From the NCBI GenBank assembly GCA_963770895.1, contig CAVYRF010000002.1:1376001-1440000 (forward strand): a stretch of 64,000 nt of DNA. Reading direction: 5' to 3'. Under the pieces are notes generated by a model that ran no database searches, was not told the origin of the DNA, and worked only from the letters and a program-made list of their open reading frames with translations. Shown here in pieces: positions 57,045-64,000 of this stretch. The translations under genes and the position numbers were made by a program. Numbering within the stretch: position 1 is the first letter of the stretch; every line of letters begins with the position of its first letter. This stretch comes from an uncultured Acidobacteriota bacterium (lineage in GTDB: Bacteria > Acidobacteriota > Thermoanaerobaculia > Multivoradales > UBA5704).

Positions 57045-58844
57045 CTACGGCCAGTTGGCGAGCAGCAGGCCGCCGTCGACCGAGCCCAGGCCGGTCACCT
57101 GATCGTAACCGGGGCCGCAGGAAAAGCCCCGCAGCTTGGGAACGCTGTTGTTGCCGCTGGTGATGTCGTGAAAGATCCGCGGGCTCCTGGCGCTCTTGTA
57201 CTGCTGCGCGGCCAGCTGATAGAGCACCGGATTGGCGTTGCCCTGGCGGTCGCCGGTCTTTTGCACGATGAGCGCCATCAGGCCGGCAAAGGAAGGCGTC
57301 GACGCCGAGGTGCCGAAGACTGCGTAGACGTCGGTGCCGCGCAGCACCACATAGGCGTCGTGGAACGCCGCGCTCAGAGACACGTCGGGAACGTCGCGGT
57401 GGTGGTCGTTGGGCACGCCGCGCGCCGACTGCCAGGAGGGTTTCGGATAGACCTTGCTGGCGCCGCCGCCGGACGACCACAGGCCGGAATCGCCACGCAC
57501 GTTGGCGCTCTCGTTCCAGCCCTCCTCGGGGATATAGGCAATCACCGAGCCGCCGTCGGGACGATTGACGGGACTCCAAAAGGCGCTCCCCTTCCTGCCT
57601 TCGTTGAACTCCGTGCCACCCACGCAGATATCGTAGGGGGTCGAACAGAGGCCGTTGACCGCCAATCCGGTGCCGCGCGCGCTGGTCTGCACGTCGCAAC
57701 CGGAGGCGCCGGAGTCGCCCGAGGAGACGAACGAGGAGATGCCCTGCGCGGCGGCCTGCGACCACATGCTGTTGATGAAGGCAAGCCCCGCCGCGCCCTG
57801 GTCCGCCTCGCACGAGCCGAAGCTGGTGCTCATCACCGGCGCCAGGTTGTTGTCGACGATGTACTGCGCCGAGAGGATGATGCCGTCGGTCGATTGGGTC
57901 GAAGCGGACACCACCACGTCGATGGTGGCGCCGGGGGCCGCCGCACCGGACCACTCCGCGTCCAGATCGGCCTCCAGCTCTTCGTCGCCGCCCAGGTCGC
58001 CAGGATCCGTGCCGTTGTGGACGAGCACCGGCAGATTGCTCACCGGCAGCCAGAAGGCGGAGCGGAACCCTTCCACATCGCTGGTCTTGATATCGGTCCG
58101 CGCCACGATCGCGATCGTCTCGCCGGTGCCGTTGATGCCGCTCTTGAACGTGGGCGAGAGGTCGTAAATCGTTGCGAAGTCGCCGGGCACCATGTAATGC
58201 GCACTGCCCGCGGTGAAGTCAGGCGACAGCTGCACGGCCGCGTGATGCATCTGCAGCGGCTTGTTGTTGAGCGAAACGACGCCGGTGACAAGCTCGGTCA
58301 GGGCGCGCGGCAGCGAAGGGTCGATGGAATTGGCATGGCGCACCACGCCATCGACCTGGTAGTCGTGCATTTCGGTGGCAAAGGCCTGCTCCACCTGCGC
58401 CGCCGTGCCGCTGAAATTGATCCAGCCGCGGCCCTTTGCCACTTCGTCGATGGTGAAGCCGTGCTGCACGAGCCAATCGGTTACAACCTTGAGATCGCGG
58501 TCGTTCAAACCAAACTCCGCGCCGAACTGTTCGGGCGTGAGCCACTGGTGATAGCGGGTTGCAGCCGGGTCGGTGAGATCCGCCAGCAGCTGCTCGAGCC
58601 GGTCCTGGGCGCCGGCCTGCGGTTGCAGCACCAGCACCATCCGCTGCATCGGCAAGGTCGGCGCCGTGCGGCCGATCTCAACCTGGAGCCGTGCGAATGG
58701 CGGAACGTTGCCCGACAGCGTCACGCGGTCGGCGTCATTGATGACGGCGGCGCCGGCGGCAGTCGCGGCGCCTTGTCCAAGGGCCGCCCCAGCGGCGGCC
58801 AAGAGAAGGATTGTCAGCTGGAATGTACGAAAGCTACGCATCAT
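57045..58844 (-). CDS. S53 family (sedolisin/kumamolisin-like) serine protease with pro-domain
   Basis: Signal peptide, pro-kumamolisin YHQWLTPEQFG..FG, EADLDAEW (ExxxD), SSGDSG, VPDVS, GTSASTP, FHDITSGNN, GYDQVTGLGS. Confidence 0.93.
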   Translation of the reverse strand: MMRSFRTFQLTILLLAAAGAALGQGAATAAGAAVINDADRVTLSGNVPPFARLQVEIGRTAPTLPMQRMVLVLQPQAGAQDRLEQLLADLTDPAATRYHQWLTPEQFGAEFGLNDRDLKVVTDWLVQHGFTIDEVAKGRGWINFSGTAAQVEQAFATEMHDYQVDGVVRHANSIDPSLPRALTELVTGVVSLNNKPLQMHHAAVQLSPDFTAGSAHYMVPGDFATIYDLSPTFKSGINGTGETIAIVARTDIKTSDVEGFRSAFWLPVSNLPVLVHNGTDPGDLGGDEELEADLDAEWSGAAAPGATIDVVVSASTQSTDGIILSAQYIVDNNLAPVMSTSFGSCEADQGAAGLAFINSMWSQAAAQGISSFVSSGDSGASGCDVQTSARGTGLAVNGLCSTPYDICVGGTEFNEGRKGSAFWSPVNRPDGGSVIAYIPEEGWNESANVRGDSGLWSSGGGASKVYPKPSWQSARGVPNDHHRDVPDVSLSAAFHDAYVVLRGTDVYAVFGTSASTPSFAGLMALIVQKTGDRQGNANPVLYQLAAQQYKSARSPRIFHDITSGNNSVPKLRGFSCGPGYDQVTGLGSVDGGLLLANWP

Positions 58845-59030
58845 GCCCTGCCTTTCAGACAAGTTGTCGTGATAGCACCACGATATCACCATCGCTGTTT
58901 CGCGATCGCATGTCCCCTCCTGTGGCGCAATTTCGCATCGAGACGCAGGGGAGCTCCGGCGGCCTGCCGCCTGCCCCCAAGCGCCTCGCCCGGACAACGG
59001 CGTCCGCGAGGTCAAGGAAGGGAAAACAAC

Positions 59031-59231
59031 GTGAAAAAGTCCAGGAAGCTGGCCCTGCATCGCGACACCGTGCGCACCCTGTCGGGCTCGGCGCTCACCG
59101 AAGCCAACGGCGCGGGGTACACGATTCAGTTGTGCATCATCCAAACCGTCTACATTACGTGCGGCGTCAGCTGTAACTGCGTCACCCACGGCTGCCCCAC
59201 CCAGGCCGGCGACTGCACGGCGGCCTGCTAG
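59031..59231 (+). CDS. Putative RiPP (lanthipeptide-like) precursor peptide 2, 66 aa
   Basis: MKKSRKLALHRDTVRTLSGSALTEANGA-GYTIQLCIIQTVYITCGVSCNCVTHGCPTQAGDCTAAC; purine-rich RBS before GTG. Hidden at the tail of shadow ORF 56901-59231. Confidence 0.85.
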   Translation: MKKSRKLALHRDTVRTLSGSALTEANGAGYTIQLCIIQTVYITCGVSCNCVTHGCPTQAGDCTAAC

Positions 59232-59305
59232 AAGAAGCCGGCGCGGTGCGCCACGCGGGGAGCTGATCTCCTTCCTTCCACCCCGCCACATCACACTGCA
59301 TCACC

Positions 59306-59333
59306 GCGGGCGGCGCCGACCAGCGCCGCCCGC
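59306..59333 (+). terminator. GC-rich hairpin downstream of precursor peptide 2
   Basis: GCGGGCGGCGC-cgacca-GCGCCGCCCGC perfect 11-bp stem; no U-tract. Confidence 0.45.
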
Positions 59334-59367
59334 CCCGCTCGCACCCGCCCGGGCGCCGGCGCTGCCC

Positions 59368-59410
59368 TTGACTTCACCCCATCGGTAAGCCTAAACTAAC
59401 GGTAAGTCAA
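59368..59410 (+). promoter_or_regulatory. Promoter/operator of the ArsR-SRPBCC operon
   Basis: TTGACT-18 nt-TAAACT; inverted repeat TTGACTT...AAGTCAA; direct repeat CGGTAAG at 59383 and 59400. Confidence 0.6.
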
Positions 59411-59453
59411 AACGAACCAATCGACTCAGAGCGCCGCTACGAGCAAACGACCG

Positions 59454-59819
59454 ATGCCGACCACCCAGGACTACGACGCGCAGCTCAACGCCTTGGGCGA
59501 TGCGACCCGCCGCGCCATCCTGGCGCGCCTGCGCCTGGGTCCCGCCGCGGTGGGCGAGCTGGCGCGCGGCTTTCCGGTCAGCCGGCCGGCGATCTCGCAG
59601 CACCTGCGGGTGCTCAAGCAGGCCCACCTGGTGATGGACCGCGCCGCCGGCACACGCCGCCTGTACCAGCTCGATCCGCGCGGATTCGTCGTGCTGCGCG
59701 ACTATCTGGATCAGTTCTGGCAGTCGGCGCTGGCGGCGTTCAAGCACCGGGTGGAACAACAGTTCCCCGTGGAAGGAGGGCAAGGCAATGGTCGACGCGA
59801 CGATGGCAGCGGTTCATAA
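59454..59819 (+). CDS. ArsR/SmtB family transcriptional regulator
   Basis: ALGDATRRAIL.RL..GP..VGELA..FPVSRPAISQHLRVLK.A.LV.....GTRRLY. Confidence 0.95.
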   Translation: MPTTQDYDAQLNALGDATRRAILARLRLGPAAVGELARGFPVSRPAISQHLRVLKQAHLVMDRAAGTRRLYQLDPRGFVVLRDYLDQFWQSALAAFKHRVEQQFPVEGGQGNGRRDDGSGS

Positions 59820-60270
59820 GACCGTCACGGTGAGAGCGAGCGCGGAACAGGCGTTTCGCGTCTTCACCAGCGAGGTCGATACCTGGTGGCCGCGCAGCCA
59901 CCACATCGGCAAGGTGCCGATGCAAAAAACCATCATCGAAGAGTGGGCCGGGGGGCGCTGCTACAGCGAGCAGACCGACGGCAGCGAATGCGACTGGGGC
60001 CAGGTCCTGGTCTGGGAGCCGCCGTCGTGTTTTGTGATGGCGTGGCAGATCAGCGCCGACTGGCAATATGAATCCGATCTGGCGCAATCCAGTGAAGTGG
60101 AGGTGCGCTTCACGCCCCTGGCGGACGGCTCGACGCGCGTCGACCTGGAACATCGCCACCTCGACCGCATGCGGCTGGGCGGCGAAGCGATGCGCGCCGC
60201 CGTCGATTCTCCCGAAGGTTGGAGCGGCCTGCTGGGCCTGTATGCCGAGCGCGTCGCGGCGGCGGCATGA
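59788..60270 (+). CDS. SRPBCC/AHSA1-like ligand-binding domain protein
   Basis: AFRVFT....WWP, WGQVLVWEPP, SEVEVRF, TRVDLEHRH, GWSGLL; typical ArsR partner. Confidence 0.9.
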   Translation: MVDATMAAVHKTVTVRASAEQAFRVFTSEVDTWWPRSHHIGKVPMQKTIIEEWAGGRCYSEQTDGSECDWGQVLVWEPPSCFVMAWQISADWQYESDLAQSSEVEVRFTPLADGSTRVDLEHRHLDRMRLGGEAMRAAVDSPEGWSGLLGLYAERVAAAA

Positions 60271-60710
60271 GCGCCACCGCGCTGTACCGCATCGCCGCCG
60301 TGTTGCTGGTGCTCTTCGCGATCGGCCACACCTTCGGCTTTCTGCACTTCAAGCCGCCCACCCCGCGGGCCGCGGCGGTGCGTCAGGAGATGAGCGACGT
60401 GCGCTTCCCCGTGCGGGGAGGCAGCGCCAGCTTCGGCGACTTTTACGTCGGCTTCGGCCTCTCCATCACCGCCTATCTGCTCTTTGCGGCCTTCCTGACC
60501 TGGCACCTCGGCGGCCTGGCCCGGTCCATTCCCCGCGCCATCGGCGCCCTCGGCTGGGCGTTCTGCGCCCTGCAGGTCGCCAGCACGGCGGTGAGCTGGG
60601 TTTTGATCGCGCCGCCGCCGGCGGTCCTGTTCGCGGTGCTGGCGGTCTGCACCGGCTGGGCCGCCGGTCAGGTGCGGGTCGCCACCGCGAGAAGCGAGTC
60701 GCCAAGATAA
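60267..60710 (+). CDS. Small membrane protein (4 TM)
   Basis: ATGA overlap with the SRPBCC gene; LFAIGHTFGF, SFGDFYVGFG, hydrophobic segments. Confidence 0.7.
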   Translation: MSATALYRIAAVLLVLFAIGHTFGFLHFKPPTPRAAAVRQEMSDVRFPVRGGSASFGDFYVGFGLSITAYLLFAAFLTWHLGGLARSIPRAIGALGWAFCALQVASTAVSWVLIAPPPAVLFAVLAVCTGWAAGQVRVATARSESPR

Positions 60711-61384
60711 GGCGTCGCAACCACCCGACCGATGCCCCGCAGCGGCTTGAGCAGAGGATTGCCCTCACCGACGTTGTAAAAGTTGGAGATGGTGGTAAGC
60801 GCCACCGGCTCAAGCCGCGCGTCGCGCAGCGACTGGCGCAGACGGGCGGCAGAAAACATATGCACGTGCGTGGGATCCAGGTGAAACGCCCAACGGCGCC
60901 CCAGCAGCGGACGCGCCAGGCTGCCGGCATTGAGCGTGATCACAAAGAGCTTGCCGCCCGGCGCGAGCGTGCGATAGCAGCTGGCCAACGTCGCCGGATA
61001 GTCCGGCAGATGCTCGATCACGTCCAAAAATGTGATCGCCGCAAAGTATCCGTCGGGGAAGGGAAACGGCGCCTCGGCGCTGGCAGTGACGATCGGCGCC
61101 GACGTCCGCCCGCGTGCCGCCGCCACCGCATGCGGCGACAGCTCGATGCCATGCGGCTGGTATCCCGCCTTTTCCAAGGCCTCCAAAAAGAACCCAAAGC
61201 CCGACCCGATATCGAGTACCCGCCCCCCCTCCACCCCATGCGCCCGCAGCAACCCGATCAGATACGCCAGGTACTTCCGCTTCCCCGGATGCAGCTGAAA
61301 ATACTCGCGCTCAAAGTACCCCGGCCCCTCCGCCACCGAATCTGGCGGCGACGCCGCGCCCGCGTGCCTGTCCATCTCGTTCAC
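60668..61384 (-). CDS. Class I SAM-dependent methyltransferase
   Basis: RVLDIGSGFGFFL, GIELS, FLDVIEHL, LAPGGKL, PTHVHMFS. Confidence 0.92.
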   Translation of the reverse strand: MNEMDRHAGAASPPDSVAEGPGYFEREYFQLHPGKRKYLAYLIGLLRAHGVEGGRVLDIGSGFGFFLEALEKAGYQPHGIELSPHAVAAARGRTSAPIVTASAEAPFPFPDGYFAAITFLDVIEHLPDYPATLASCYRTLAPGGKLFVITLNAGSLARPLLGRRWAFHLDPTHVHMFSAARLRQSLRDARLEPVALTTISNFYNVGEGNPLLKPLRGIGRVVATPYLGDSLLAVATRT

Positions 61385-61464
61385 CCGCGGATGCTAGCAC
61401 GCCCATCCAAAAGCCTTGGGTCGTCACGGACACCCATCCGGCCTGCCTGCGCGGATGGAGGGGC

Positions 61465-63480
61465 TCAGGGCGGGGGGACGGCGGCGAGGCGGGCGCGCAG
61501 ACGTTGGACGGCGGGGTTTTGCGGGTCCAGCTGCAGGGCGCGTCGATTGAGCTGTCTGGCCTGGTCCAGATGGCCTTGCTGGAGGTTGAGGAGGGCGCTG
61601 TTTTGCAGGGCCTGGACGTTTTGCGGGTTGAGGGCCAGGGCCTGGGCCAGGTGGGGAGCGGCCGCGGCGGGATCGGCCAGGGCCAGGTAGACGCCGCCCA
61701 GGTTGGTTTGCGCGTCGTCGGAGGCAGGCTCCAGGAAAGCGGCGCGGCGATAGCAGTCCAGGGCGCGCGCCCAATCGCGGCGGCGGGCGGACAGGTTGCC
61801 CAGGTCGAGCCAGGACAGAAAGTCGCCCGGCGCCACGGCAAGGACCGCTTCGTAGTTGCGGCGCGCCAGGTCGGCATCGCCGCGCGCCTCTGCCAGGCGG
61901 GCCAGGTTGAAGTACACCAGGTCGGCGCGCGGGGCGAATCCGACGACGCGCGGCAACGCCACCGCGAGCGCGAGCGCCAGGCCCCAGGCCAGCACCAACC
62001 GGCGGGCGCGGCTTCCCGGCAGCCGTTCGGCAGGCTGGCGCCGCAGGGCGGCCGCAGCCTGGACCAGCTCCGCAACCGGCACCGCGGCAAGCAGCATAAG
62101 GGCCGGCACGCCGGGCAGCCGATAGCGCGCGAACAGAAAAAAGGCCACCGTCGACAGCATCCACGCGAAGGTCCACACCAAGGGCGGCGCAAACCTGCGC
62201 AGCAAGCCGCGGCGGACAACCAGGTAGAGGCCCAGGGCGGCGAGCAGCGTGACGCCGCCAAATTCGAGCAGCGGCAGGCGGAAGACAGGCGACAAGCCGC
62301 GGACGTAGTAGTAGTCGACGGCGTCGGGCCACTCGTACCAGCTCCAGTACAGCTTGAGCTTGCGCAGCTGCAGCCCGACGAAGGCCGGGACGTCCGCGCG
62401 CGCCCAGGCAAGGCCGCGGCCGAGCCAATAGTTGGATACCTGCGCGGGGGTGAGCGGCCGGCCAAGGCGCTGCTCGGCAAGGCGGGCGGGTTCGCGGCGC
62501 TCCAGCTCGGGCACCTGCTTGCCGGGCACGATCGGGCGGTACGTGCCATCGGCGTGCGGGTTGTTGCCGATGTAGAAATTGACCCCACCCTGGAAGGTCG
62601 TCGGCAGGTAGTCACCACCCAACAGGCCGTTGCGCAGCGCGACCGGCGCCAGGATCAGCACAACCCCGCCCACCAGGGCGATGCACCGCAGCACCGCTGC
62701 ACGAAAGAAACCCGACCGACTGCCTCCGCGCCACGCCGCATCCGCTCCGGCGCTATATCCAGCCGCCTCCTCTCCGGCGGGCGCACCGCGCCTTGCCGCG
62801 AAGGCCAGGGGCAGCACGAAGGGCACGACCAGCAGGGCGTTTTCGCGCAGGAGGGCCAGGATGCCCAGGAGCGTACCGACGACAAACCACGGGCCGGCGC
62901 CGGGTTGCGGCCGGCTCCAGGCGGCTGCCACGGTCCAGAGCAGGAAGCAGACGACGGTGGCGGCGAGCGATTCCTTGAGGAGCTGGACGTCGTAGAAGAC
63001 GAACGGGCCGTAGACGGCGGCCAGCGCCGCCGCGGCCAGCCCCACGCGCTCGCCGGCGGTGGCGCGGCCGGCGCGGTAGAGGGCGTAGCAGCCCGCCACT
63101 CCGCAGAGGATCTGCGCCAGGTAGACCGCATCCAGGCGCGGGCCCACCAGCTTGTAGAGCACGGCCAGCAGGTAGGGGTAGAGCGGCGCCTGAAAAAAGA
63201 CGCCGTGGCCCAGCCAGTCGCCGGCGGCGATCTGGCGCGCCCAGCGGTCGTATTCGTCGCTATCCATCACCAGCTGGGCGACGAAAGGCGCGCCGCCCAC
63301 CGCCGCCCAATGCAGCAGCCGCACGGCCAGCGCCACCCCAAGGATCGCGATCAGCGCCGCCGGCGCGCGCGCACCGCGGCCGCCCCCAGCACCGCCATCG
63401 CCGCCAGCGCCGTACCTTGGCGGCCCGGCCGCCGGTTGCGCGGCAGCCTGGCCGGGTGCGGCTGGGGGGCTGGCGGACAC
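61465..63480 (-). CDS. GT-C (ArnT/PMT-like) glycosyltransferase with C-terminal TPRs
   Basis: MDSDEYD.WA, FQAPLYPYLL, LLKESL, LREN, GGVNFYIGNNPHADG, RYRLP, then TPRs (NLGGVYLAL, ALALNP). Confidence 0.85.
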   Translation of the reverse strand: MSASPPAAPGQAAAQPAAGPPRYGAGGDGGAGGGRGARAPAALIAILGVALAVRLLHWAAVGGAPFVAQLVMDSDEYDRWARQIAAGDWLGHGVFFQAPLYPYLLAVLYKLVGPRLDAVYLAQILCGVAGCYALYRAGRATAGERVGLAAAALAAVYGPFVFYDVQLLKESLAATVVCFLLWTVAAAWSRPQPGAGPWFVVGTLLGILALLRENALLVVPFVLPLAFAARRGAPAGEEAAGYSAGADAAWRGGSRSGFFRAAVLRCIALVGGVVLILAPVALRNGLLGGDYLPTTFQGGVNFYIGNNPHADGTYRPIVPGKQVPELERREPARLAEQRLGRPLTPAQVSNYWLGRGLAWARADVPAFVGLQLRKLKLYWSWYEWPDAVDYYYVRGLSPVFRLPLLEFGGVTLLAALGLYLVVRRGLLRRFAPPLVWTFAWMLSTVAFFLFARYRLPGVPALMLLAAVPVAELVQAAAALRRQPAERLPGSRARRLVLAWGLALALAVALPRVVGFAPRADLVYFNLARLAEARGDADLARRNYEAVLAVAPGDFLSWLDLGNLSARRRDWARALDCYRRAAFLEPASDDAQTNLGGVYLALADPAAAAPHLAQALALNPQNVQALQNSALLNLQQGHLDQARQLNRRALQLDPQNPAVQRLRARLAAVPPP

Positions 63481-63483
63481 TAG

Positions 63484-64000
63484 TTATGCCTGGGCGAAGA
63501 ATCCCCGCACGGCGGCGCAGACCGCGTCGACCTCTTCGTCGGCCAGCTCGGGGTACATGGGCAGGCAGAGGACCTGCGCCCCGGCGGCGGTGGCGACGGG
63601 CAGGTCGCCCGCGTTGCCCACGTCGCGCGCGCTGCCCGCGGCCCGCGTGCGGCTGGCGAGAGCGGGCTGGAGGTGGAGCGGCGAGGGGTAGTGAATGGAG
63701 CTGCCGATCCCCTGCTCGGCCAGGTGGCGCATCAGGTCGTCGCGGCGGGCGGTGCGGATGGTCAGCTGGTGGTAGACGGAGATGTTGCCCGGCGCGTCAG
63801 GCGGCAGCGCCAGGTCGCCGATCCCGGCCAGGGCGGCGTGGTAGCGCGCGGCGAGCTCGCGCCGGCGGGCGTTGTCGGCTTCGAGGAGTGCCAGACGGCA
63901 GTTGAGGACGGCGGCCTGCAGACTGTCCAGGCGGCTGTTGACGCCGATGGCGACGTGGGTGTAGCGCGCGGTCTGGCCGTGGTTGGCCAGCAGCTTGACC
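63484..64000 (-). CDS. DegT/DnrJ/EryC1/StrS PLP-dependent sugar aminotransferase, C-terminal part (runs off window end)
   Basis: NHGQ..RY.H..IGVNSRLDSLQAAVL, VYHQLTIR, GI.SSIHYPSPLHLQP, VLCLPMYPEL. Confidence 0.92.
   Translation of the reverse strand, partial: VKLLANHGQTARYTHVAIGVNSRLDSLQAAVLNCRLALLEADNARRRELAARYHAALAGIGDLALPPDAPGNISVYHQLTIRTARRDDLMRHLAEQGIGSSIHYPSPLHLQPALASRTRAAGSARDVGNAGDLPVATAAGAQVLCLPMYPELADEEVDAVCAAVRGFFAQA

Noticed and set aside
56901-59030. 776-aa plus-strand ORF 56901-59231 as a single protein
   Set aside because: Mostly antisense to the S53 protease; only the last 66 codons, with their own RBS and GTG, look like a real gene.
50978-60710. Prophage or integrative element explaining the accessory patch
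   Set aside because: No integrase, transposase, phage structural gene, tRNA target or flanking direct repeats were seen.

Overview
Very GC-rich bacterial chromosomal segment. Gene content (VPS10/BNR protein, secretin-with-cohesin T2SS/T4P-like cluster, many GT-C membrane proteins, lipid A genes) points to an Acidobacteriota-like diderm; this is an inference. Left to right: partial apaG, a large secreted BNR-repeat protein, an MDR oxidoreductase and a HIT protein; a KamA radical-SAM plus two ATP-grasp ligase operon behind a long structured leader; a phosphodiesterase and dut; a type II secretion/type IV pilus-like operon headed by an ECF sigma/anti-sigma pair; two tandem-repeat tracts; waaA-lpxK-lipid A acyltransferase; and an envelope glycosylation region (UbiA-type phosphoribosyltransferase, GT2, GT4, several GT-C/YfhO proteins, methyltransferases, DegT aminotransferase). 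That region is interrupted by biotin carboxylase/BCCP genes, a VapBC module, an amidohydrolase and an accessory patch at about 51-60.7 kb. The most notable signal is in the patch: two small ORFs not called as separate genes in the ORF track (51780-51938 and 59031-59231). They share an LxLxRx5L...LxxAxGA leader and carry unrelated Cys/Ser/Thr-rich cores, so they look like orphan RiPP (lanthipeptide-like) precursors. No modifying enzyme is in the window; their neighbours are a stand-alone TPR protein plus secreted protein and an S53 protease. No rRNA, tRNA, CRISPR array, integrase or transposase was recognised. All calls come from reading motifs by eye; no database searches were run.
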